In this document: positions 13,040 through 25,264 of the stretch, one piece after another
Numbering within the stretch: the first letter of the stretch is position 1
How the letters are laid out: every line of letters starts with the position of its first letter
Assembly: GCF_009914755.1 (NCBI RefSeq)
Contig: NC_060935.1
Length of the DNA stretch: 64,000 bases
Origin: the human T2T-CHM13v2.0 reference genome, Homo sapiens
Strand: one strand, 5' to 3'
Position numbers and translations under genes: made by a program
The notes under the pieces: generated by a model
The model's database searches: none
What the model was told of the DNA's origin: nothing
Seen by the model: only the letters and a program-made list of their open reading frames with translations

Positions 13040-13630
13040 AGATTATAAAGTACTCTTACAGCATTATCTTACTTGATCACCAATAAACCTGTGAGGTAGT
13101 TAATGCAGGGAGAGGGTCCTCACTTTATAGACTGGAGGGTCAAACAGAGAAATGATTCTCCCAAGGTTACTGATATTGTTAGGCTTTGTGTCCCCACCAA
13201 AATCTCATCTTGAATTATAATCCCCATAATCCCCATAGGTAAAGAGAGAGACCAGGTGGAGGTAATTGGATTATTACCTCCAATAATGTGGAGGTAAACA
13301 ACATGGTTTCCCCTATGCTGTTTTCATGATAATGAGTGAGTTCTCATGAGATCTGATGGTTTTATAGGTGGCTCTTCCCCCTTTGCTCAGCGCTCCTCCT
13401 TCCTGCTGCCTTGTGAAGAAGGTGCCTTGCTTCCTCTTCACCTTCTGCCATGATTGTAAGTTTCCTGAGGTCTCCCCAGCCTGTGAACTGTGAGCCAATT
13501 AAACCTCTTTCCCTTATACATTACCCAGTCTCAGGCAATTCTTTATAGCAGTATGAAAATGGACTAATACGGTCACTAAGCCAAAAACAAGGCACCAGGA
13601 ATGGAACACCTGTCTCCCAAGCCAGTGCTC
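13040..13630 (-). mobile_element. MIR split by THE1D LTR
   Basis: ..cctgtgaggtag..cccaaggttac | gtcactaag..gtctcccaagccagtgctctt. Confidence 0.65.
13171..13571 (+). mobile_element. THE1D-like MaLR solo LTR
   Basis: tgatattgtt..tgtgtccccacc..aatctcatcttgaatt..ggactaatac; 5-bp TSD gttac/gtcac. Confidence 0.93.
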
Positions 13631-13839
13631 TTTCTTTATAACACCACTGACTATCACCTAGATATTGCATTTTCTTCCTGGTGGGAAAGAGGAATTGGAT
13701 CTTCAAAACAATTTGACTCTCTACAGAGACTCCAAACGAACCTGACACATGCCTTGCTCTTTGGCCCTACCTTAGCTACTGAGGACTCAGTCTCTGATCT
13801 GATTGGTCATCTCAGCTAAGTTCCAAAACTGAGGTTACA

Positions 13840-14083
13840 TGGAGGCAGGCCAGCAGTCAACTCTGACCTCAGATGTGGAATTTTGTTTGTGGGTTTTGCC
13901 CTACACTGCATTTTAAATAAATATATTTAATTTCTAATTTTTAAAAATTAGGTGTCTAGCATGTCTTAAAAAAAATAGAGCCAATAGTGCTACAGTCCCT
14001 GGATATGATGATGAGATGAGACACTCTCCATTTCCTTCTTTTATGTTCCTGCTGGTTCTGTAGGCTTCTGAGTTTCCAGCCTG
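13840..14083 (-). mobile_element. MER102-like hAT-Charlie element
   Basis: Ends ctgtaggcttctgagtttccagcctg, similar to the reverse complement of the MER102 terminus. Confidence 0.55.
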
Positions 14084-14459
14084 GGTGTCACCATTGAAGA
14101 CTTCCCAATGACTGTGATATGGTTAAGAGAGCTTGCAGGAGCACTGTCCACAAACTTGCCTCTTCCCTGCTTTTCTTTTTCAAAGTTTAGCTCAAGGCTT
14201 TCCCTTCCTGGTATGAATCCTTTCCCTCAAGTATTGAAGAGCATCCTCTACAAAGACCAAGTCTTTCCTCCTTCTGATAATGGGCATTATTTACTCCTGC
14301 TTGTGTCCCTTTATGAAACTTCATTCTATCTGTGCCCTAAGTGCTCCAAGAAAAAGAGCATTTGTGAGTGGGAAAGAATTGCTCATTACAAGGGCCAAGA
14401 ACTTGCTTTTGTCTACTAGTCTTCTGCTATTCCCTGGTTTCCAAATAACACTGATGAGA

Positions 14460-15065
14460 CAGTAGTATAATGCAAGTGACACTAATATTGCATTAATCTC
14501 TCTGGGCCTCAGTTTCTTATCTTTAATATGAGGGTGGTAGCTCCTTTGCTATCTAACGGCCCTTCCAGATCTAACATTCTCTGATGCTGTGGGGGAATCA
14601 TCTTTAAATGTAAGTTTTGGCATAACAATGTTTTACTTCTCAAGTTATATTTTAAAATGTGTCCTAATTTTCAGGTAGGAGAACAATCCACTGCACTTTC
14701 ACCGTGTTTTGGCTGCCCACAAAGCCAGGGTAATTTCTGCGTATATATGAGGCCCTGTGGATGGGTAGAAGTAGCCCTAGCCAGGAGACCTGGCTGTGCC
14801 ACTTACCTGCTGTATAATCCTGGCCAGATCCCTTTTTCTCTCTGGGCCTTAGTTTCTTTATTATAAATTGAAGACAATGGCTCAAAGTCAATAACTCTGT
14901 AATTATGGATGCAAGAAGAACACATTTGATAAGCTTTTGTAGCAGCAGTAATGGAAAAAATACTGGACAGAAAGTTGGAAGACCCAGGTGCTATTAACAG
15001 TTCTGCTACCCATCAGCTTTGTGACTTTGGGAAGTCACAAACACATTCTCCATGCCATTGTCCCT
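14460..15065 (+). mobile_element. Cluster of MIR/MIR3 fragments
   Basis: ctctctgggcctcagtttctt; cctggctgtgccacttac; gtgactttgggaagtcac. Confidence 0.7.
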
Positions 15066-15558
15066 ATTAGCATTTGTCACTTCTGTGCTGTTCGTTTTCA
15101 TGTTTGTTTTTAATCTGGCCAGCATCATTCATTTTCATAAGCACTAGGATTCTGTAGGCATGTGGGTTTGTTATCCGTCACCCAAGATTTTCATTCATTC
15201 AACTTATATCTTCTGAGCATCTGTGGGGGTACCAGGAATTTTCTAAGAGTTGGTGGTATGGACAGAGAACAGTGCTGGCTCAGGGAAGCTAACTTTCTGC
15301 TGAAATCTATGATTCTGTCTATAGCATATATAACACTAAGTCTGGGTGCTGACACACCTGATTTTCTTCATCCCTCATTACCTTCCCCTTCAACACTTTA
15401 TCGTCATCCTTTCCTCTGGCTTCCCCCCACTGTCCCCAGCACTGGTATGTCCTTTTAGCTGTGCCCCATGCCCCAACTCACACCAGTAGGCGTGAGTTTC
15501 CACTTAGTTTCCACCCTACCCCTGCAGGCAGCCAATGAAAGAAAACAGGATAGTAAAT

Positions 15559-15857
15559 TTTTTTTTTTTTTTTTGGAAACAGTCTCACTCTATCTCTCAG
15601 GCTGGAGTACAGTGGTGTGATCTCGGTTCACTTAAACCTCCACCACCCGGGTTCAAGTGATTCTCATGCCTCAGCCTCCCTCAAGCAGCTGGGACTACAG
15701 GCACCTGCCACCAGCGCCGGATAATTTTTGTTTTTTCAGTAGAGATGGGGTTTTGCCATGTTGGCCAGGCTGGTCTCAAACTGCTGACCTCAGGTGATCC
15801 GCCCACCTCAGTCTCCCAAATTGCTCGGATTACAGGCGTGAGTCAGTGTGCCCAGCT
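15559..15857 (-). mobile_element. Full-length AluS
   Basis: Poly-T then both arms in antisense; TSD GATAGTAAAT at 15549-15558 and 15858-15867. Confidence 0.97.
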
Positions 15858-15914
15858 GATAGTAAATATTAAAGTAAATATGCACTAATGCGTAATCCTT
15901 CATCCCAAAGGAAT

Positions 15915-16300
15915 TGTGTGAGCAAGGGCTCTGGGCTCAAGAGAAGTGGATTCAAAGTGCTGTGGAGCTACTCATTGGCTTCAGGATTTTGGTCTACCTG
16001 CTTAAACTTTGGAAGCCTCAGCATTCTCATCTATAAAATGGGGATAAATGTAGTACCCACTCAACAAGGGTGGTATAAGATAGAGGGTTCTGGCCAGGCG
16101 CAGTGGCTCACATCTGTAATTCCAACACGTTGGGAGCCTGTGGCAGGAGGATCACTTGAGGCCAGGAGTTTGAGACAAGCCTGGATAACACAGCAAGACT
16201 CTGTCTCTACAAAAAATTTTAATATCAAAAAGTAAATTTCAAAAAAGATAGAGGGTTCAATGAGATAATTTATGTCAACGGTCAGCACAGTGACTGGCCT
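15915..16300 (+). mobile_element. MIR interrupted by FLAM
   Basis: agcctcagcattctcatctataaaatggggataa.. continues aatgagataat..cagcacagtg after the insert. Confidence 0.75.
16092..16244 (+). mobile_element. Free left Alu monomer (FLAM_C-like)
   Basis: Single arm plus A-rich tail; exact 14-bp TSD AAGATAGAGGGTTC (16077-16090, 16245-16258). Confidence 0.92.
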
Positions 16301-17754
16301 GGTAGATTTTAAATAGTCAACACGTGTTTGCTATTTTGACCAGTATGAAGCCCAGAATATGCTATTTGTAGTCAGGCTGAGACCAAAGATGTTCTGGGAG
16401 AGGAAGGACCATCCCACATCCAAATCCACGCTAATGAGCTTATATAAATACCAGCATATTCAAGGCCTGGGTTCAAAGCCACCCTCAGTGAGATTGCTCA
16501 GGGTTAGAGAATCTGCTGCAAGATTGGAATTCCACCCCCTTGTTGCTCAGTGTAAGAAATAAAACCTTCGCCAGTTCCAGCAACAACACAGCATTCCCTC
16601 TGCACATGGTTTTGACTTCCAGTGCCAAAACACAAGACTCTTTACAAAGCCCTTGTTTTTCTGCAAACGTGTTTGTCAGGAGCCTTGTTTTGCAGATAAT
16701 GGATTTACAAAGAGGTTTGTTCTTCTTTTCTGGCACCTTGAAAGAATAAAAATTCCTGAATGGGAAGAAGGATCAAGTGGCTGCTTGCATGTACGGTGTC
16801 TCTTTGACTACATACTGTGCCACAGTGTTGGAGGCTAGGTTTCATAATTACACAGTGCGACACACAATTACCCACAATTAGGTTAATTATATAAATACAC
16901 TATGATTATCCAAAAGATAACGTTAAGTAACACACAAAGAGGATGGGACAGTCCTGAGGTAAACCTGAGGGAGTGGAGGAGGGGAATGGGAGGGAGATCA
17001 AGGCAGTTTTGTGGGATCGCAGCACCACCCTAAGAGGAAAGGCACCATCTTCCCCACCTGGCTCCCCTCCTTCCTGAACAGGAGCAAGTCCTCTTCACAG
17101 CCTCAGTGGGCCAGTCTTTCTTCAGGTGGCCCCCAAATATTCCCTTTACCAACTCTGCCTGTTAACACAACAAATTATAAAGGGCAGTTGGGTTGGATCC
17201 CATGTCAGGCCAACACTGCAGCCACACCACTGACATTTAAGGCAAGCTGCATTCTATATTTCCACACATTACTGATGGGCTTGTCATTCTAAGATGGTCA
17301 GGCCAGAGCAATTAAGCAAAGGTTTACACTGGCATAAAAATTATGGCTGACTGATGGAAGGCCAACTCCAGAACCTCTGGCCTGCTCAGAATATTGGCTG
17401 CCAACCTCATGCTTTGATAAACGCATGTTGAGCTCTGGAGGAGAAGTGGCAATTTCACAAATATACACAAATAACATTTGGGGATAGTGTTCCTGCTATA
17501 TGTTTCCTGGACTTTCCTGGACCAGGGTTCTCAATAAAAAAACAAACTATCAACAGTACTTTCCTTTAGAAAGTGGTTTGGGAAAAGGGGCAGGGGCTGT
17601 GGGAGAACAAAAAGGGACAAGTTGCTTTTTATTCTATATTCTTTGATCTTCTTTAAATTTCAACCACATGCATTATTACCTTTGTAATTTGAAAAGAAAT
17701 GTATGTTTAAAAAAGATGTATTTTAAAAATCCAAATTGGGGAGAAGAGATGACA

Positions 17755-18110
17755 AACATTCATTAAACGCTTATTATATTCTAGGCACTGTGTTATTACT
17801 TTATAAACATTATCTCATTTAATTCTTACAAAACCCCTAAGAGGTAGGTCATACTGCCCTTGTCTTAAAGATGAGAAAACTGGGCTCAGAAAGCTGTGAT
17901 AACCTGCCCAAAGCCAAACAGCTAGTACATACAGTTGGAAGGGAACATTTGAATTCAAGTCTGTCAACCTCAACATGAATATTCTTTCTTTATATTATAT
18001 TGTTACCTGCTGCCACAGATAAACAAACACTCAGGGTCTCACTTCCCTCATCTGCAAAAAGAGAGGTTTAGTCTGCATCATCTCTAATGTTCTTGATAAC
18101 CTAGGATTCC
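17755..18110. mobile_element. MIR (minus) followed by MIR3-like fragment (plus)
   Basis: ctaggcactgtg..tatctcatttaatt..agatgagaaaactgggctcaga; ctcatctgcaaaa..tctctaatgttc. Confidence 0.75.
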
Positions 18111-21100
18111 ATGAGTGAAAATTCACACCATGGAATAAAGATTCTTTACTTTCGGAGGAATACAATCAAATTTCCTTTAAGTATAGTGCTCTCCTAGCTC
18201 ACATAAGTGCTTATTATTTCCAGATCATTAACTGTTTGACATAGAGATTTGGCTGAGAAACTTGAAGCTCAAGTGTTGGAGGCCTCTGCCAATTGAAAAT
18301 CAGTCAAATGTGGATAATGGCTTCTGTTACTATAATGCAAGTCTACAGGAAAATGTGATTCGATTTATAAAAATTCTATCAAATGCAGCTTTTCAGGAAT
18401 TCATCTGTTGAGTACAACAAGGTACATCTGTGCTGTATTATCCAAATAAGTTCCACCTGGCAGGTAGACGACTGTAAGACTTTAAAAGGAAAAAAATGAC
18501 AGGAGTTTTTACAAAGTCCTACCATCTCTGCTCACTCAATTTTAACTTTATTTAATCTGTTACACCCTCATTTGTGGATAAAGCAGAGTCATTAAATTTG
18601 CCCAAGCAACAGATATGCACTTTCATTAACAGACAGAAGTAGTCACACGAGAAAAGCTTTTCAATTGTTATTCTACAGTATGGAAAATTGGCAAGGGGTG
18701 GGGATGAGGGTGAATAGGAAAAAAGCAAGCACCCAACTGGCTTTCCTTATGAAGAAATGCATAAAATGGGATGGAGCTGTGTAATATGAACCCTCAGAGG
18801 CTTGCTCTAGCTTCTGCAAAAATCGAGGGTTCTAAGAATACCAAAAGAAAACGAGCTGTTGAGAAAACTTGCAATTATTTTGGGACATTAAGAAGATCAA
18901 GGCAGGTTATTTAGATGTCTGGGAAAGTTGGATTTAAAGAATAAACTTTCTAGGTTGGTATGATTTTAACACACAGGATTCTTATTATAGTCAGTATTCT
19001 GCCTTAGGTGACAACATTTTAACTTTCAACAGGAGATCTCCTTCCCCTCTCCACATGCCCTGCTCATTTTTCCTCTTAGTCTCTGTGGCTTCACCCAAGA
19101 CAATGTTATCCATTCTTATTTGGGCCTTTGTAAACCACAATAACTCCAGACTAAGAAGTTAGTTTCAAGAGCCAGACATCTATTTCATTATGAGTATCTG
19201 TCTAGACATTAAAGGGGTCACTCAACACTGCCTCCCATGATCCTGTGAGTTCCATGACAATAGTAGACCAACACAAGACAGAATACATATACCCCATACA
19301 ACTCCCCCTGCCCTGACTAATCGTAAAAGATTTTATTTCCCAAAGAAGCAACTAGGAAATAGGGAAGCTTCTCAGTTGGTAGAAGAAACCAGTGCTGCGC
19401 GTAAAGACTGGTTTTATTTACTGAGTTTGTGGCTGTCCCTTCTCAAAGCAAGGGTGCTTTCCTGCTTTTTAGGGAAGTCCAGCATGTTCAGCTTAATTAG
19501 CACTTGGATTCATTATCAAACCAAAAGGATCAAGAGAAAGATGTCCGTTGATTGATTGTTTTTGTCCACCATTGGAAATCTTGTGCAGAATCGTTATCTA
19601 TAATCAACAGGTGAAGTGTGAAAATACAACTTTCTAGCAATCATGTTAACTCATAATAGCTCCCCCTAGACATCCCTTCTGCAAAATGGTGATATTGAAT
19701 GTAGAGTTTTAGTGTTGATAAGCCCATAATGAGTTGGGGCAGGGGATCAAGGACTTTGCCGCAAGTCAGAGGCTTTTGCAAGAAAATTCTCCATTCAACA
19801 TTGTCATCCGAAATCCCCAGCACAACGTCTTAATTTACACATTCTCAGAAACAGTCTCCTTAAAGCACATTCTTCCCATTCCCCGCTCCACCTCCGCGAA
19901 GACTGAGGTCCCAACACTAGCACTCAGACTAAATTTTCCATGTGATATTAACGAAATACGAATTGGAAAAATATATAAAATATTCAAATTAACATTTTTC
20001 CCTTCAAAATTAGATTGGGAAGCCACGTGCTGTTTCTACTGAGGTTTCCTTTGTTCTTAGCCTTCTCCTACCTTCTTGGGAAAAGCTTTCATAGTCACTG
20101 GAATCACACAGAAAAATCATTCCAAACACCTCAGAATTCTTTTTTTTTTTTAACCCAAAAAATGGCATTTCCTTAGGTTGTACTCTTTAGATGAGATTTG
20201 GTACCTGAACATTTTTTAAATTTACAAATGTCAAATTTATTACTGAAGGATTATTCCCAGCTATTAGGCCATTCCAAAGAATATAACATAGACATTGAGG
20301 TAATTCCAAAGTTTTGAACAAGAAGATATTTTTGGATTAAGGATGCTGTCTACAGAGGTGGCTACTCCGCTCATTGGTATGCATACATTCAGGTCACATT
20401 GCACAACTACAAAGTCCTGGTCTCATTGTATTCTATGTAAATAGCTCCTCCTGGAATTTTGTAATGCTGAGCCTCTTTGTATAGCCTACTCTGTTTGGGG
20501 CAAAGTAGTCCTATCACTGAAGAGTCATTCTTCAAGTCTTAAGCAAGCATCGTTTTCACCCGTCCAAGTCAGAATATCAGACCCTTTAGGCTTACAATTT
20601 TTTTTCTCTTTAAGTACATTTTCTTCCTATGGAATCACTAACTGATGGCCTTGTTTTATTGCTAATTATTCTTTGTCATACTTATGAGTCTTTCAAGGAA
20701 ATAAGAACTACCTTTTGGAGATGGTTAGGTTTTGTATATTTTTATATCACATTGTAATTTTTATAGGACAAAAAAGGCAAGGTTAGAAACATTTTTATCT
20801 GGAAGTTAGTGAAATGGTCTAGGTTAATGTTAGTCAAAAGTCTTGGAATTTAATCCTCAGATGTAGCTGAGAACTTTACTGCTGGTATAATTTTCCTTTA
20901 ATCTTTTCATAAACTAAAAAAGACACATGAATAGAGATACTGGAAAAAAAATAATAAAAATTTCTTAAAAATTCAGGAATAGAAATTGTTCATTAGCTTT
21001 TCTTAAGTGGTTAGGTTTACAGGTCACATTAATCAATATTTGGTTTCATAGCAGATGTGGAGGAAGTGAAAAGTCTGGATTCCAAAAGAACCCAAGAATA

Positions 21101-22084
21101 TGAAAAAGTATCACATTTCACCTGCATGGAAAAGAATGGAGCAGGAAAAAGGTTTATGTATATCTCAAAGCAATAATGTTGAAAAAACACAACTGAAGTC
21201 ATCAAAATCACTGTTGAGAAACCAGATTTGAATAATGCTTCAAGTTTTCTTAATTAAGTTTCAACATCACAAAGTTAGGAGTAATGAATACACATCTTAG
21301 TATGTAAGTGTGATCTAGCATCCCACTTGGTGGGGGAGCACCTTTAAAATCACATAGGTAAGTGCATATCTGTACATATCTGTGCACAAAGGCATGCCTT
21401 TCATCTCTCCCCTCCACCCTGCATCTCTTTCTTTTTCTCGTACAAAGTACAAAGCTTAGCTTTTTATATATTTTGCAGAAAACCTTTTGTACCTTTTGTT
21501 CATTCAACAGATATTTACTGAACTCTCTCTGAGGGCTGACCTCTCTGCTAGGTACAGTGAGAAATATAAAGAAGAGTTTGGCAATGGGAGTAAAGAAACC
21601 CAAAATGAGGAAAACTACTAAAAATGTAAGAATGGTCTTGAAAAAATAATTTAGGGAGGGAAAACACTTGCTCCTCTGGCATCTGTTCAACCCAGGTATA
21701 CTTATTAATGCCTATTGTGGACGAGATGTGTGCCAGGCAAGACAGAGCCTTCTGTTTTTACCAAACTTGAATACGTCTTTTTTTATGATAATGGGGACAG
21801 AAAGTCACAGGTAGATCTGAGAGGCATTTGGAAGAAAGAAGTAAGTCACAACCCCTGATGATGGCTCAGTAGTGTCACAGATATAAAAAAAAGTTTGGGG
21901 GGTGGTGGTGGTCTTAGTCTTTGGAGTTAAACTGCCTGGGTAAGCACTAATATTGATCAATTTAACAGAATTAACCTCATTTGTTGCTGTTACCTGAGGG
22001 GAGGAGAGTGACAAGACAAAGAGAAGAAGGAGAAGTCTCTTTTTCTGGCATCAGTTTCCAAAAGCCTAAATTCTTAAAAAAAAA

Positions 22085-22190
22085 AAAAAAATTGAGATGT
22101 AATTCACATACCCTAAAATTCATTTTTTAAAAAAGTACATGATTCAGTAGTTTTTAGTGTATTTACAAGCTTGTGCAACCAACATCATTA
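22085..22190 (-). mobile_element. L1MB-type 3' end fragment
   Basis: attgagatgtaattcacatacc..attcagtagtttttagtgtatttaca..ttgtgcaacca. Confidence 0.75.
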
Positions 22191-22620
22191 TTTATTTATT
22201 TATTCATTCATTTTTTTTGAGGAGAAGAAGAAAAGAGGAAAAAAGGTTTTGACTGAATACATCTTTCAAGGTTTTATGACAACCTTCTTTCCAAGCCCTC
22301 CTAAACTATTCTTCACTTGCATTCACAAAATCGCACAGCTGCATGCTTGGAGCCATGTCTGCCTATTTCCAATGGGGTTGACTGTGTAACACAATTACAG
22401 ATATCCTACTAATAATTTGAATCAGTTGTTTACCAGTGCAGTTATTTTAAGGCTGGCTTGTGACTGCTGCTGGCAGGTTGGTGAGCAGAGGAAAACAGGA
22501 AATGAACTAAATCATTTATTAACATTGAAAATAACATATTGAAAGGTGTTGGGTCCTGGGGTAAATAGCACTTGGCTCCTGCAAATGAGGGAATGGGGAT
22601 TTTCCAAATAAAGGGCTTAC

Positions 22621-22781
22621 CTGAAAGAATTTTCCAAATTTTGATGTCATGGAAAAACACTAATTCCAAACTAATTTTAACAATTGTCGAACGTGTCCTC
22701 TAGAAGACATGTAATTACTAAGAACTATGACATGAACACCTTCATTCAAAATTACTGCAGTACTCATGCCTTGAGTATATC
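22621..22781 (-). other. Candidate internal non-coding exon (161 bp)
   Basis: Minus strand: tttttattttctttctcttttattttcag|GATAT...TTTCAG|gtaagc; stops in all three frames. Confidence 0.45.
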
Positions 22782-22809
22782 CTGAAAATAAAAGAGAAAG
22801 AAAATAAAA

Positions 22810-23060
22810 AATATTTATTCTCTTTCATGCACTAACCATATGCCTCCATATTGTGCATCTACCATATGCCAACCCCAGTCATAGATATTTTTACAAACAC
22901 CATGTTATCTACATGTCACAACAAACCTCTGAGTTAGAATCACCACTACACAAATGGGGAAAAATAGAGGCTTGGAGAAGCCAAGTAACTTGACTGAGGT
23001 CTCACAGCTTACAGATAACGGAGCTTGTGCCTGACACCAGGGTCCATGTCTTTCCATCAA
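22810..23060 (-). mobile_element. MIR
   Basis: acaaatggggaaaaatagaggct..aagtaacttgactgaggtctcacagct. Confidence 0.7.
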
Positions 23061-23429
23061 ATTGCATGGTTGCCCTCACTCAAAGTACTCATTCCAATAA
23101 GGGGGTTTATGTTAGCAAGTAGAGCATTTTGGGATTAAAATTTGTTTTTCTAATTAAATAACAAATCATTTTAATTCAGTCTGATAAGTTATGCATTAAT
23201 CAATCGTATTTTTCTTGGAATATATATTGGTATAGAGCATTGTTGAAGACAGAAAAATATATTGCTTGGGCATGACTTGCTGCCCTGCCATTTCCTTTAT
23301 GCTGGGACTGTACCCTGCTGTGGGAATAAGCACTGAGTGACTCAGGAAGTCAGTTGGTAGAAAGCAAGATGAGTCTGGGAAGTTGTGATTAAAAGGGCCA
23401 CGTGTTTTATTATACAGAAATAATCACAC

Positions 23430-23790
23430 AATGATGAAAAAATTATGAGTAAGAATGTCCAGAGAAGTATAATTTATAGTGACAAAAATTTGGCAATATT
23501 TAAATGTCCAATGCAGGTGACTGGATAAATAAAGCTTGTTTGTACAATGCCAACAGTTTCAGTGCTTAGAAATAGTGATGAGTTGAAGGGCGAGGGATAC
23601 CTGGGGGTTCATCATAGTATCCTGTTTTGCATTTGTATCCTGTATTTGGAATTTCCCTTTATTAAGGGAAATTAATAAGATGTTTTAATTTCATTTAATT
23701 TAAAGGCTGTTTTAAATGATGATATATGTATATTGATGATCTTAGAAATATTTTTTGTAATATCTTATTATGTGGAAAAAGCAGATTATT
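23430..23790 (+). mobile_element. Old L1M (L1ME-like) 3' fragments
   Basis: aaatttggcaatatttaaatgtccaa..ctggataaataaa. Confidence 0.55.
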
Positions 23791-23793
23791 AAA

Positions 23794-24165
23794 TGTCGTA
23801 GGATTTTCTATTGTCTGCATCCTGTTTTCCACCCCTTTGAAGTACATGGGAGGATTATACTTCCCTGCCACCTTCAAGTTGGTCAGGGCCATATGACCTC
23901 TTCTGGTTAATGGGTGTAGGCAGAAGTGATGTGTGTCATTTTCGGGCTGGAGCACTTAATTGCCAGCATGAGACTCTCCAGCCCTCTCTATCCTCTACCT
24001 CTGTAACCTATGACATTCCAAGCAGTAGAGCTTTTGTCCCTGAGTGAGGAAAATATCAGACAGAGCTCCCTGATGAAGTAGAATGGACATATAATTTGAA
24101 CAAGAAATAAACCTTTGATATTTAGAGCCATAAGATGCTTGTAGCACATCTTGACTGGTAAACAA
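23794..24165 (+). mobile_element. MaLR solo LTR (MLT1I/J-like)
   Basis: gggccatatgacc..gcagaagtgatgtgtgtca..gaacaagaaataaaccttt. Confidence 0.75.
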
Positions 24166-24739
24166 AATATGTAATTTCCAAGAACTCTCAGCTTGCCTCC
24201 TCTTCGTTGTCAGGTCATCATGCAAATCTCGCTTTATGAGTAAAGGCTTCTCTGACGGCTCCCAGTTGAAATTGCAATCCCCTAGCACTCTCTGTCCTCC
24301 TTCCCTAGTTTATTCTCTATAGCACCTACCTCCATTTCTCATACCATACACATTTAAGAAATAAATTCTACATAATATGAATAAACATAAAACATATAAA
24401 TATGTGACATAGATATTGATATAAATATGGGTATTCTGTTTATTGTTTGGATCCTTCATTAGACTAGAAGCATCAAGAAGGAACTACCAATGCAAAGGCC
24501 CAGGAGCTAGTGTGCTGAATGTACAAGGAACAGCAATAGAGGACCAATAGAGGTGGTGAGAAGTGCATAGGTTTTGGATTGATTTCTGGGTAGAGTCAAT
24601 GGGGTTTGCTGGATCAGACACCTTTCTTCAAGAGAATAAAGAAGGAAGGGTAACTCCTCAGGTTTTTAAGCCTAAGGAACTGGAAGGAAAAGACTGCTAA
24701 GACACCAAGATAGAAAAGACTGCAGGTGGAATGGATGGT

Positions 24740-25060
24740 TCCATCAAACCCTAGGAAATTGCCCTCATCCTCATGGCCAAATATAATTTGCCACACCTTC
24801 TAATTCTGCGTTCCTGCATGTAGGAAGAGCAGGGAGGGAAAGGAGGTGAAAGACATTCCTTTGCATTTTAAGGGCACACTTCCAATGTTGCTCATGTCTT
24901 CCTTTCACTTTTTTTTTGGCTAAAACTTCGATACCTGTTTTCAAGGGTGATTAAGCAATGTAGTCTTCATCTGGATAGTCATGAACCCAGCTAAAACTTG
25001 AGTGTCCTATTACCAAGAGAGAAAGGAAGAACACATACTAGGGGACTACTTACACTCTCT
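24740..25060 (-). mobile_element. MaLR LTR fragment (MLT1J-like) among L2 pieces
   Basis: aatgtagtctt..cccagctaaaa..gaaaggaagaac..ggggac. Confidence 0.5.
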
Positions 25061-25264
25061 GCCCCATCCACTGGGTATGTTGCTTCCCCAGCCAGCATCC
25101 AAACACGAGTCTTCTGAATCTTACTCCAATGTTCTTTCTCTCACAAAGATCTTCTTCCAAATGGTCTCTAATTGTTTAATCAGTGAAGAATTTATCACAA
25201 ATCCTATCTCACTAACGCCAGATGGAAAACTAGCTCAAGTAAGAGACCTAAGTCAGCTTCCCAT

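Noticed and set aside
14801-14809. Perfect minus-strand donor CAG|GTAAGT
   Set aside because: Lies in a MIR core that often yields this motif; no convincing partner acceptor.
20340-20490. Faint MER91-like palindromic MITE
   Set aside because: Too degraded to assign without an HMM search.
21057-21151. Purine-rich plus-strand exon-like segment (DVEEVKSLDSKRTQEYEK..)
   Set aside because: The acceptor is plausible but the donors are weak, and no protein similarity was recognised.
21250-21690. 146-aa minus-strand ORF with hydrophobic start
   Set aside because: Non-ATG start, overlaps an L2 remnant, composition reflects AT-rich DNA, no recognisable domain.
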